From Borreliella garinii (GTDB lineage Bacteria; Spirochaetota; Spirochaetia; JABEVK01), in assembly GCA_020720765.1 (NCBI GenBank), contig DYOB01000005.1, positions 1 to 61,235 of the forward strand: a stretch of DNA of 61,235 bases, given 5' to 3'. A program made the position numbers and the translations under genes. The notes under the pieces are model-generated. The model searched no databases. It was not told the origin of the DNA and saw only the letters and a program-made list of their open reading frames with translations. This document shows positions 8,030-17,041 of this stretch, one piece after another (the stretch's first letter is position 1; each line of letters begins with the position of its first letter).

Positions 8030-9366
8030 GTGGGTTTTTTCTCCCGTTTCAGTTTGAGGATCTTTGTTTTTGCCGTTCGGATATAATCGAGAATGGGGCG
8101 GTTGGAGGGGCAAACCCACGAACACGAACCGCATTCCATGCAGTCTAAAATTCTGCGGTCTTCGGCCTCGGCAAGTTTTTGCCTTTCACCGAGTTTTTCA
8201 AGAAGGTAGGGTTCGAGACCCATAGGACAAACTTCTATGCATTTACCGCAGCGTATACAGCCTAAAATTTCACGTGGTCGGCACTCTTTTTCTGTGACTA
8301 TAACGATACCGCTCGTGCCTTTGGTAACGGGAAAATCAAGCGTCGAGCCCGATTTTCCCATCATAGGGCCGCCGGCAATGATCTTTTTGACTTCTTCAGG
8401 TTTGACTCCCGTTGCTAAAAGGAGGCTTTTGACCGGCGTTCCCACCCTGACTTTGTAATTTGAAGGACGCTCCACACTGAGCCCAGTGATGGTGACTATG
8501 CGCTCCATCAGGGGTTTGTGTTTCAGGACGGCTTCGTAAACTGCGAAAGCGGTGCCAATGTTATTCACAATACAACCGACGTCGATCGGCAGTTTTCCGC
8601 TCGGGACTTCCCGGTTCAAGGTGGCTTTAATCAGCTGTTTTTCACCGCCCTGGGGGTATTTGGTCTTGAGTGCCATAACCTCTATTTCCGAGCGGTGGCT
8701 GAAACTCTTTTCCACAAGGCCTTTGATGGCTTCGGGTTTATTCTCTTCGATGGCGATAATGGCCTTTTTGACGCCCAGTGCAATCATCATCAGGCGCACC
8801 CCGTGGAGGATCTCGTCGGGGCTTTCGAGCATAAGCCGGTGATCAGCGGTTAAATACGGTTCGCACTCGGCTCCATCGATAATCAGGTAATCCGGTTTTT
8901 TTCCTGGCGGAAGGGCGAGTTTGATATGGGCGGGAAAGGTCGCTCCACCCATCCCTACGACACCCGAATCCTTAACGGCCTGGACTATTTCTTCTGGAAG
9001 GATATTGCCTATGGCCATCAGTTCGGAGGAATGGATGATACCTGGTTCCCATTCATCGCCTTCGACCTTAATATACACCGATAAAATCTTGTACCCGTTG
9101 GCCTGGATAGCGTCCTCGATTTTCTGGACTGTACCGCTGACGCTTGAATGAATCCTCGCACTTAAAAAACCCTCTGCCTCTCCTAGAAGTGTACCGACCT
9201 TTACCTTGTCGCCTTTTTGCACCAGACACCTGGAGGGAGCGCCGACGTGCTGGCTTAAAGAAATAACGGCAACCTCCGGAAGGGGGAAAACCTCTATCGG
9301 GCTGTGTTCGCTGAGTTTATGTTCTTTTGGATGAATCCCGCCCATCGGAAAGGTGTGGAGTTTCAT
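8026..9366 (-). CDS. rnfC: Rnf subunit C (start re-assigned to ATG 9366)
   Basis: GGIHP, GMGGATFP, AECEPYLTAD, KYPQGGEK, and two CxxCxxCxxxCP clusters. Confidence 0.95.
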   Translation of the reverse strand: MKLHTFPMGGIHPKEHKLSEHSPIEVFPLPEVAVISLSQHVGAPSRCLVQKGDKVKVGTLLGEAEGFLSARIHSSVSGTVQKIEDAIQANGYKILSVYIKVEGDEWEPGIIHSSELMAIGNILPEEIVQAVKDSGVVGMGGATFPAHIKLALPPGKKPDYLIIDGAECEPYLTADHRLMLESPDEILHGVRLMMIALGVKKAIIAIEENKPEAIKGLVEKSFSHRSEIEVMALKTKYPQGGEKQLIKATLNREVPSGKLPIDVGCIVNNIGTAFAVYEAVLKHKPLMERIVTITGLSVERPSNYKVRVGTPVKSLLLATGVKPEEVKKIIAGGPMMGKSGSTLDFPVTKGTSGIVIVTEKECRPREILGCIRCGKCIEVCPMGLEPYLLEKLGERQKLAEAEDRRILDCMECGSCSWVCPSNRPILDYIRTAKTKILKLKREKKPT

Positions 9367-10247
9367 TCGGTCACCTCTTCTTTTAAATTCTTGTTTTCCA
9401 AAGTTGTAAGGATGGCTCCTGTGGGGCAGACTCCGACGCAACTGCCGCAGGCGGTGCATTTTAGGGGGTTGATGGTTGCAAGGTTATTCACTACTTCGAT
9501 GGCATCGACAGGGCAGATATCACGGCATTTTCCGCAGGCTATGCAGGTAACCTTGCAGGTCTTCATGGCTATGGGAGCTTTTTCGTGGTTTTGACACGCG
9601 ACCCATACCCTATTATTTTTTTTGCCCCTGGGAAGGATGGCAATAAGATTTCTAGGGCACGCCTTGACACACGCCCCGCAGCTGATACACTTTTCCGCAA
9701 TGATCACGGGTAACCCGGTGAGTGGATCCATATACATGGCCCCGTATTCGCAGGCGTCGACACAGTCGCCGAGCCTCAGGCATCCGCTGGAGCAGAGGCT
9801 TGCGCCTGCGCTGAGGTTATGCGCCAGAGAACACTTGTTTGGACCATTGTAATGAACCCTTTCCGGTGCTGCGGCGCGGCTGCCGCCGCAACGCAAAACA
9901 GCTACGGTCGGCTCGTGTTTTTCAACGCTTAGACCGAGAATACCCGAAACTTTTCCCATGACCGTTTGCCCTCCGGGCGGGCAAAAGAGTCCTGCGATAG
10001 AACCTTGTTTTGAAGACTTTAATAAGCCTTCAGAGAAACCCCTGCACCCAGGAAAACCGCAGCTTCCGCAATTGATCCCCGGAAGGACCTCAAGGATGGA
10101 ATTGACCCTGGGATCTTCCTGAACGGCAAATTTTTTCGAGGTGCCGTAGAGCAGCATCGAAGCGAGTAAAGCGATTGCACCCAGCAACCCAACGGCTACT
10201 CCTAGGATGACAAGGTTTCCGGCGTTAGCGGAAAGGAATTCAAACAT
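9363..10247 (-). CDS. rnfB: Rnf subunit B (polyferredoxin)
   Basis: N-terminal TM, LPGINCGSCGFPGC, and multiple 4Fe-4S motifs. Confidence 0.95.
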   Translation of the reverse strand: MFEFLSANAGNLVILGVAVGLLGAIALLASMLLYGTSKKFAVQEDPRVNSILEVLPGINCGSCGFPGCRGFSEGLLKSSKQGSIAGLFCPPGGQTVMGKVSGILGLSVEKHEPTVAVLRCGGSRAAAPERVHYNGPNKCSLAHNLSAGASLCSSGCLRLGDCVDACEYGAMYMDPLTGLPVIIAEKCISCGACVKACPRNLIAILPRGKKNNRVWVACQNHEKAPIAMKTCKVTCIACGKCRDICPVDAIEVVNNLATINPLKCTACGSCVGVCPTGAILTTLENKNLKEEVTE

Positions 10248-10635
10248 GCGGGCATTCTCCCTTTATCAAACGGGGTTGAAACCAGTGGGAATATTTTTTA
10301 CTGACTCTGGAGGTTATCAGCCAACCTAAAGCAACGGCTGCCAGGGATAAAAATGCTGCGAGTGTATCACCGCCACCCATCCCGAGTACCGAAAAAAGAG
10401 TGAGAAAGGCAAGAATGGTGGGCAACCCGAAGGCAAAGAATAAAGAAATGACGATTTGGCCACTCGTCAGTCCTATTTCCACCGAACTTCCTTGGGAAAG
10501 AGAAGAGTCGGGGGCGATGTCAATTTTTGCAATGCGGTTTGAACCGCCGCACTTTGTGCAAGATCCGCAACTTGAACCCATGGCGTAGGAAACCCACGCT
10601 TCCTGTTCGGATACCTTTTGTACTGTACCTATCAT
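10240..10635 (-). CDS. rseC: RseC/MucC family protein (start re-assigned to ATG 10635)
   Basis: SSCGSCTKCG Cys cluster plus two C-terminal TMs; first gene of the rnf operon. Confidence 0.8.
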   Translation of the reverse strand: MIGTVQKVSEQEAWVSYAMGSSCGSCTKCGGSNRIAKIDIAPDSSLSQGSSVEIGLTSGQIVISLFFAFGLPTILAFLTLFSVLGMGGGDTLAAFLSLAAVALGWLITSRVSKKYSHWFQPRLIKGECPHV

Positions 10636-10638
10636 TAT

Positions 10639-10656
10639 ATGTGAATGATAGCACAA
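10639..10656. promoter_or_regulatory. Rex-like operator overlapping the rnf -10 element
   Basis: ATGTGAA-TGAT-AGCACAA versus consensus TTGTGAA-N4-TTCACAA (11/14 matches). Confidence 0.6.
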
Positions 10657-10694
10657 AAAAAAGAATTGTCAATTGATAAAAAGCCCATTATGCT
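10645..10694. promoter_or_regulatory. Back-to-back sigma70 promoters with overlapping -35 hexamers (rnf operon and DHODH-like gene)
   Basis: Minus strand: TTGACA(10672-10667)-16-TATCAT with a TGn extension. Plus strand: TTGTCA(10666-10671)-17-TATGCT. Confidence 0.6.
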
Positions 10695-10717
10695 ACATGA
10701 TAGGTTAGGGGGCAGAA

Positions 10718-11704
10718 ATGCGATACGAAGAAAAACTGCTGACACATTTTCTAGGTATGGAACTTAAGAATCCCATTATCGTCGGTTCCTCGGCTCTGTC
10801 CGGCAGTCCGGATGGGGTTATAAAGGCTGAAAAAGCGGGTGCGGGCGCGGTGATTTTAAAGAGTCTCTTTGAAGAACAGCTCCGTTCAGAATCCGGGATC
10901 TACGGCAATGTCGATACCCTCCACCCTGAAAACTGGGATTATATGAACGGTTTTGGTATGCAGATACGCCCCATGGATTATATCAAGCTTGTAGAGTCCT
11001 GCAAACGTAGTGTCAAGATTCCCGTTATAGCCAGCATCAATTGCCAGGAAATCCCCCATTGGAACGAATTTGCCATCCTTCTCCAGAATGCGGGCGCCGA
11101 TGCCTTGGAACTCAATATCGCTCCTTTCAGCATGGACATTTCCCAAGCTCCAGGGGTTGCGGAGAATCTCATTCTTGAAATCGTGGATTCTGTAAGAAAA
11201 CACATCAAGATTCCGCTTATTCTCAAGATCAGCCAGCATTTTTCCGCTCTACCTTGGCTTGTAGACCAGGCCGGAATCAGGGGCGTTGGTGCAGTGACGC
11301 TTTTTAACAGACTGTACAGGCCCGATATTGATATCCACAACCTGACCTGGACAAGCGGGGACAGGTTTTCTTCTGAAAATGAATTCACTTCGATCCTTCG
11401 CTGGATTGCTGTTCTTTCTGGACGCGGACCCCAAGTCTCTGTTTCAGGAGGGATTCATTCTGGGGAGACTATGGTTAAAGCACTTCTAGCAGGTGCAACA
11501 ACGGTTCAACTAGCCTCGGCAATCTACCTGAATTCTATGGAGATTATTACAACGATCCTCGAAGGTGCTGTCCATTATATGGAGGAAAGAAGGTGGGAAT
11601 CACTGGAAGATTTCCAGGCCGCCTTTCGCTGGGACCGTGGTACAAACGCAGAGTTCCTTTCCCGCCGTCAATACATTCAAAATCTTATTGGAAAGGAAAA
11701 TTGA
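10718..11704 (+). CDS. Dihydroorotate dehydrogenase-like FMN protein
   Basis: LKNPIIVGSS, GAGAVILKSLFEEQ, PVIASIN, ADALELNI, LFNR and SGGIHSG motifs; the catalytic Cys after LELNI is absent. Confidence 0.85.
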   Translation: MRYEEKLLTHFLGMELKNPIIVGSSALSGSPDGVIKAEKAGAGAVILKSLFEEQLRSESGIYGNVDTLHPENWDYMNGFGMQIRPMDYIKLVESCKRSVKIPVIASINCQEIPHWNEFAILLQNAGADALELNIAPFSMDISQAPGVAENLILEIVDSVRKHIKIPLILKISQHFSALPWLVDQAGIRGVGAVTLFNRLYRPDIDIHNLTWTSGDRFSSENEFTSILRWIAVLSGRGPQVSVSGGIHSGETMVKALLAGATTVQLASAIYLNSMEIITTILEGAVHYMEERRWESLEDFQAAFRWDRGTNAEFLSRRQYIQNLIGKEN

Positions 11705-11747
11705 ATAATGGGCCTTAAAAAACCGTTAATAGAGAAAGAGGTTTTTC

Positions 11748-14690
11748 TTGGCCAAAACATACCGCTTATCTGTCGAGGAAGCTAAAACCTTTCTCCAGAA
11801 AAAAATTCAGGAACTCATAGGTCAGATACCGACCGAAGTTATTTCGGACATTCTTTATACTTCTTCCATATTCGGCCTCCAGCGAGTAACGGATATTTCC
11901 TATTGGTTAAAAGATTTTAAGACAACCGCAGGGGCTTCTGTCCTGGATCCGGCTCTTCTGGAGGAACTGAGATCGACCCTTTTAGGAATTTTAGATTCCT
12001 GGGAAATACCCCGGGGTTACGGCGAATTCGTCAAATCAAAAAACGTTGCCATGCGTCCCTTGTTTTCATCAGATGTGCCCATCAGGCCTTTGGTTGAAAA
12101 ACTTCATTCGGTAGTTAAGCCGAATTGGAATAACCGGATTTCCTTTAAACTGCCCGTTTCCATCAGCACGAGTTTTCCTTACGCCCTTCGGGTTCCTACT
12201 CGTTTTATCTCCCATGCGGATGAAGAGAATTCTTTAAGTCTGGTTTATATCGACTGGAATCACCAGAAAACTCTATCTTGGGTTGAAGCCGGGAAAATCC
12301 TCAAGCGATGGGAAGCCCAAGGAATACTTCTTTACCATGGCGCCCTGGAGATACCTGCAAATCAATTTTTGTCCCGGAATGATCTTTTACCCTACTATGC
12401 CCTTTTGCGTTTGCCGACATCCGGTGAACAATTCCTGCGTGAAGAGGGCCTCCTGGGACATGCCCTTCAGCTTCTTGGTCCTGAAAGCTATTCGGATGAC
12501 TTTGAGGATTTAGCCGAAGACAACGAAACTCCATCGCTCCTTAAGGAAGCGGAGCGTCGAAAACTCCGGGCGCATTCCCCTCAAAAACTCGACCCGGAGA
12601 CAGAAACTGATCAAGTTCTTCCTTCGCCCCATCTTGTTGCAAAAACCTTGGAACCGCTCAGCCTTATTCCTTTCCGTGTAGAGGATATCCAGAATCCCGA
12701 TTACACCTGGCCTAAACCCATGGCGGAAATACGGATGATGGAAACCGAAGGAAACGTCGAAACCGACCTTGTGGTTATAGATGAAAAACCTAGACTCTCG
12801 GTCGAAACTCCGCCCACCAAAAAGCTCAAAGTTGGAAAAAAGATCAAACCACCTAAACCCTGGAAAATGCGTTTACGGCTCGCACCTAAACTGATGATGA
12901 TGATGGCATTTTTCCTTGTTCTTAGCCTTTTAACTGTGACAACTTTCTCCGTCATATTCTTCAAGCAGGATGCTGCGAGCCGGGTAGAAGATTCGAACCT
13001 CCAGATTGTGACCATGACGGCTCTGAGTGTTCAGACCTCTTTTCGAGCTATGGAGGAAAAAACACGCATTATCTATAACAGTGCCTTATTAAACCCTGAA
13101 AAGTCATCAGCGCTTATCGAATCTTTTTGGGAAACAAATCCTCGGGTCTTAGCCATCGGGATTGCAACCGAACCCAGTGCTCCAACCTATAATAATACCA
13201 CCCTTATCAACGATTTAAAACTCGACGCGGGAAAATTTCAGTCGTTGTTCCTTGGTGAAAGCGAACGCTGGAAAAAAAGCCAAATTGGAGAATACCTTGT
13301 TACTAATTCAACGCTTTTCCTTCAGGTACCCAGCCTTGTTCTGAGTTTCCCGTGGGAATACCTTGGGAAAATCCATACCCTTTTTGCCGTTACGACCATT
13401 GACCCGTCTTTTCAGGAAACAGTAGCTTCGAATGGTCTGGCAGAAAGTTTTGTTCTTAACGACAGGAACGATCTTATCCTCCACAACGATCCGGAACAGC
13501 TTTCAAACCCGCAGCTTTTTCGAGGCCACCCTATAGTCGACCGTATTCAGACTGCACAGACCGACCGTCAGAACTTTATTTATAACGAGACGGGTATGGA
13601 TAATTATTTTGCCTCCATCAAGCTGATCCCGAGCTATGGATTGGTTGCAGTTTCACGGGTATCCGAGACCAAGATTTTAGAGGGTGTCAGGTTTATTGAA
13701 TATGGAAACTACTTTTTTACCGGCGCTTTGATCTTTGTGGTGATGATCTTTATCCTCTTTTTTTCCCGGTCCATCACCAAGCCCCTTGGAAAACTCACCG
13801 ATGCCGCGGACAAGATCATGAAGGGGGATTTTGATATTTCGATAAAGCCCTCATCGAAGGATGAGGTGGGTTTTCTTTCCTTGAGGTTTAATGAAATGAG
13901 CAAGGGGCTTTCCGAAAGGGAAAAACTAAAAGACGCCTTCGGCCGCTTTGTGAATAAGGAAATCGCCGAACTGGCCTCCCGCGGTGAACTGAAACTCGGC
14001 GGTGAAAGAAAAGACGCCACAATATTTTTCAGCGACATCCGAAGTTTTACGGCTATGAGTGAAATCCTGCCCCCCGAGGAAGTCGTTGTACTGCTCAACG
14101 AATACTTTTCAAAAATGGTCAATATTATATTCAGCACAAATGGGATTGTTGATAAATACATCGGGGATGCAATAATGGCCACCTGGGGGGTACCTCTTTC
14201 ACACGGTAACGATGCTTTTAACGCCGTCGATTCAGCTTTACTGATGCGAAAGGCCTTGCTGGAAATGAACGCCCTGAGAAAATCCAGGAAAAAACCCGAG
14301 TTCCATATCGGATGCGGTATCAATACAGGCCCTGTTCTAGCCGGACAGATAGGAAGCCAGGACAAGATGGAGTATACGGTTATCGGCGACGCTGTGAACC
14401 TTGCCAGCAGGATAGAAAGTCTCAATAAACCCATGGGTACGGATATTCTCATATCACAGCAGACATATGAATTGGTAAGAGAAACATTCCATACCCAGCC
14501 CATGGAAAAAATTACTGTTAAGGGAAAAACTGATGTCCTCCAGATTTACGCGGTCCTCGGACGGAGGGACGACCCACAGTGTCCGAAAGACCTTGTTGAT
14601 TTAAGGCTGAAGTTCGGGATTTCCGAACCCAAGGGTTCGGCAAACGAGGAAGAAGTCAAATACTCGATCAAAGGCGCTAAGTCCCCATGA
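11748..14690 (+). CDS. Class III adenylate cyclase: large unknown N-terminal cytoplasmic region, TM, Cache-like periplasmic domain, TM, HAMP, cyclase
   Basis: TIFFSDIRSFT, VDKYIGDAIMA (Lys indicates ATP specificity), EYTVIGDAVNLASRIES; HAMP SITKPL...DEVGFL. Confidence 0.93.
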   Translation: MAKTYRLSVEEAKTFLQKKIQELIGQIPTEVISDILYTSSIFGLQRVTDISYWLKDFKTTAGASVLDPALLEELRSTLLGILDSWEIPRGYGEFVKSKNVAMRPLFSSDVPIRPLVEKLHSVVKPNWNNRISFKLPVSISTSFPYALRVPTRFISHADEENSLSLVYIDWNHQKTLSWVEAGKILKRWEAQGILLYHGALEIPANQFLSRNDLLPYYALLRLPTSGEQFLREEGLLGHALQLLGPESYSDDFEDLAEDNETPSLLKEAERRKLRAHSPQKLDPETETDQVLPSPHLVAKTLEPLSLIPFRVEDIQNPDYTWPKPMAEIRMMETEGNVETDLVVIDEKPRLSVETPPTKKLKVGKKIKPPKPWKMRLRLAPKLMMMMAFFLVLSLLTVTTFSVIFFKQDAASRVEDSNLQIVTMTALSVQTSFRAMEEKTRIIYNSALLNPEKSSALIESFWETNPRVLAIGIATEPSAPTYNNTTLINDLKLDAGKFQSLFLGESERWKKSQIGEYLVTNSTLFLQVPSLVLSFPWEYLGKIHTLFAVTTIDPSFQETVASNGLAESFVLNDRNDLILHNDPEQLSNPQLFRGHPIVDRIQTAQTDRQNFIYNETGMDNYFASIKLIPSYGLVAVSRVSETKILEGVRFIEYGNYFFTGALIFVVMIFILFFSRSITKPLGKLTDAADKIMKGDFDISIKPSSKDEVGFLSLRFNEMSKGLSEREKLKDAFGRFVNKEIAELASRGELKLGGERKDATIFFSDIRSFTAMSEILPPEEVVVLLNEYFSKMVNIIFSTNGIVDKYIGDAIMATWGVPLSHGNDAFNAVDSALLMRKALLEMNALRKSRKKPEFHIGCGINTGPVLAGQIGSQDKMEYTVIGDAVNLASRIESLNKPMGTDILISQQTYELVRETFHTQPMEKITVKGKTDVLQIYAVLGRRDDPQCPKDLVDLRLKFGISEPKGSANEEEVKYSIKGAKSP

Positions 14691-17041
14691 AATGGAGGGA
14701 CTTGCCTTTCCTGCTTGTTCTATTAGCGGGTGCTTCGGGATTCTCCTACCTTCTCTACCAGCATTGGTTCGGTCCGCTTTCACCAACGGCACGCCAGCCT
14801 GTGGGTGATCTTGTAGAAACGACACTTACAATACAAAGACAGTTTGCGGACTCGACTTTGTGGAGGCCAATTCTGGTTGGAAACCAGCTGTTTGCTTTTG
14901 ATAAAATCCGCACCAACGAAGGCTCCCAAGCGACTGTTCGCCTGCTTGACGGGACCGTCTTCACAGTTCAGGCCCAATCCCTTGTTGTACTGAGTTGGTC
15001 GGAAGGCAGGCCGCTTCTATCCTTGGAAGAAGGTGACATCAAGGTTACCGCTGACGGTGAGTTCCAGGTCCAGGTGGGGGAGAATCTCGTGATACTCCCG
15101 GAAGGTACAGCACAAATCTCCAACGATGAATCCGGCCTCGAAGTCTCCTCCGAAACAGGAACTGTGAAGGTCCGAGTCGGAAACGAGGAAAGAATCATTG
15201 ACACTGATTCGATTTTAAATGTCGGTAGCTCCGGTGTCGTAGAATCTGTCCGAGGGTGGAGAGCCCTTTTTCCGACCCAGGGTTCACAGTACTACATCCA
15301 CGGTGACTCCCAGGAGGTCGAGTTTAAACAGTCGGTACTCGAAGGTTTTCAAATTACTTCATCACTGATCAAAAACCCATCCGGTGAAATATTTCCCCTT
15401 TCAGAAAACAATCGCGAAAACTGGACTCCTGGCACTTGGTTCTGGACGGTGAAAACCGAAAAGGACCGGGAAGTTAAAGAAGAAACTCTGCGTTTCGATA
15501 TCATAAAAGTTCCCATCCCAAGACTTGCCACACCTCCTGACGGTATGCTCTACTCGTTTTTAGACACGCCGCAACCCGTCCTCCTTTCATGGGAAGCTTT
15601 ACCCATGACACAAACATACAGGGTCAGTATTTCAAAAAATTCCGATCTTAGCGAACCCCAGTTAGAAATGATGACCCAATCTTCTTCCTTAAACCTGTCA
15701 AATCTTGCAGAAGGGACCTGGTATTGGGGGGTCGAACCGGTTTTTGCAAGAGATGTTTTAGGAAGTCCGGCAGAAAGGGAAACCCGTACTTTTCAAATTT
15801 CCAGGGTGTCCTTGGATTTTGAGCCGCAAATCATCCTCCCAAGTGCAGATGAGAGTTTTTCCCTTGTCGATGTGGCGGAAGAAGGGATTGTTTTTCAATG
15901 GAAGGTCCCCGTCGACGGTTTGGATACCGAACTATCGATTTTTTCCGATGAAACTCGGACTCTTCTCGTTGAAAGGTTTTTAGGGAAATCGGTTTTAACG
16001 GCGTTTTTTGAGTTTAAACCAGGTACCTATTATTACACCCTTCGTTCCCGGGCTTCGGAAAATAGGTATTCTCGGAGCAGTCTGGGTAGTTTTAAAATAC
16101 GTGAACAAGCCACCAACCCGCAATGGCTGGAACCCCGTCCAGGTACCGTTGCTATCCTGGATCCAGCAAATCCTTTGAAGTTTACCTGGGATAAGGGCGG
16201 TGCACCAATTCTCATTTTGCAATACACACAGGATTCAACGTGGGGTATTTTCGAAGCCTTACCCCGTTCTCAAAGCGATACGGTTGAATTTATGCCGCCC
16301 AGGTCGGGTCAATGGTTTTTCCGGCTCCGGGGTATCCAAAATAACGGCCAGTTTTTAGGTTTTTCCGAAGTTCTAACATTACAACTTAATCCACCTCCAC
16401 AGGGACCGCTTATCCTTACTCCCCTTGAAAATCGGGTCTTCACTTTTGTCGACGCCGTTCCACTTACCGCGACCTGGAAACTCGACGGAAGTGGACGCAT
16501 AGACTGGGAACTTACCGGACCCGATGGTTTTTCAAAAAAGGGTTCCGGAGAAAATCTTGAAAGTGTCGAACTCGACCCTGAAAAATGGCCTGATGGTAAG
16601 TATATTTGGAAGGTGAGCTTAATTTATGCACCGGATAAACCTCCGCTCGTTTCGGAAAGAGGATTTTCTCTTGTTACCCTGACAAGGTTAAGGGCCCCTT
16701 CGGGTCTTCAGCCTGGCGGAAACTTGGTGTTGAACATGGATTCAGGGGATACTTTTCGACTTTCCTGGATCGAACTCAACGAAGCCCAGTTTTACGAGGT
16801 GATAATCCGAGGTCCAGGCAACAGGGTATTGTTAAGCCGCCAGGGTATTCGCGATAATTTTCTGGATATCGAAACGAATCTTCTCCTTCAAGAGGGCACC
16901 TACCAGTGGCAGGTAAGGGCGATCCGGTTCAGGGAGGGGGTGGAAGATATCAGTTCTTGGACCACGGCAAGGTTCGAACTCACCTTACCGGTACTCACAG
17001 TTCCTGAAGTCACTGCCCCGGACGTCATCTATGTCGAATAA
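14687..17041 (+). CDS. FecR-domain protein with multiple FN3/Ig-like repeats
   Basis: N-terminal TM; FecR motif DKIRTNEGSQATVRLLDGT; repeated 'GtwyW.V' beta-sandwich units; ATGA overlap with the cyclase. Confidence 0.85.
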   Translation: MKWRDLPFLLVLLAGASGFSYLLYQHWFGPLSPTARQPVGDLVETTLTIQRQFADSTLWRPILVGNQLFAFDKIRTNEGSQATVRLLDGTVFTVQAQSLVVLSWSEGRPLLSLEEGDIKVTADGEFQVQVGENLVILPEGTAQISNDESGLEVSSETGTVKVRVGNEERIIDTDSILNVGSSGVVESVRGWRALFPTQGSQYYIHGDSQEVEFKQSVLEGFQITSSLIKNPSGEIFPLSENNRENWTPGTWFWTVKTEKDREVKEETLRFDIIKVPIPRLATPPDGMLYSFLDTPQPVLLSWEALPMTQTYRVSISKNSDLSEPQLEMMTQSSSLNLSNLAEGTWYWGVEPVFARDVLGSPAERETRTFQISRVSLDFEPQIILPSADESFSLVDVAEEGIVFQWKVPVDGLDTELSIFSDETRTLLVERFLGKSVLTAFFEFKPGTYYYTLRSRASENRYSRSSLGSFKIREQATNPQWLEPRPGTVAILDPANPLKFTWDKGGAPILILQYTQDSTWGIFEALPRSQSDTVEFMPPRSGQWFFRLRGIQNNGQFLGFSEVLTLQLNPPPQGPLILTPLENRVFTFVDAVPLTATWKLDGSGRIDWELTGPDGFSKKGSGENLESVELDPEKWPDGKYIWKVSLIYAPDKPPLVSERGFSLVTLTRLRAPSGLQPGGNLVLNMDSGDTFRLSWIELNEAQFYEVIIRGPGNRVLLSRQGIRDNFLDIETNLLLQEGTYQWQVRAIRFREGVEDISSWTTARFELTLPVLTVPEVTAPDVIYVE

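Noticed and set aside
13709-14503. 264-aa antisense ORF, and the many other shadow ORFs opposite rnf, clpC, serA, serC etc.
   Set aside because: They lie antisense to or out of frame with well-supported genes and have no motifs or SD; typical codon-bias shadows.
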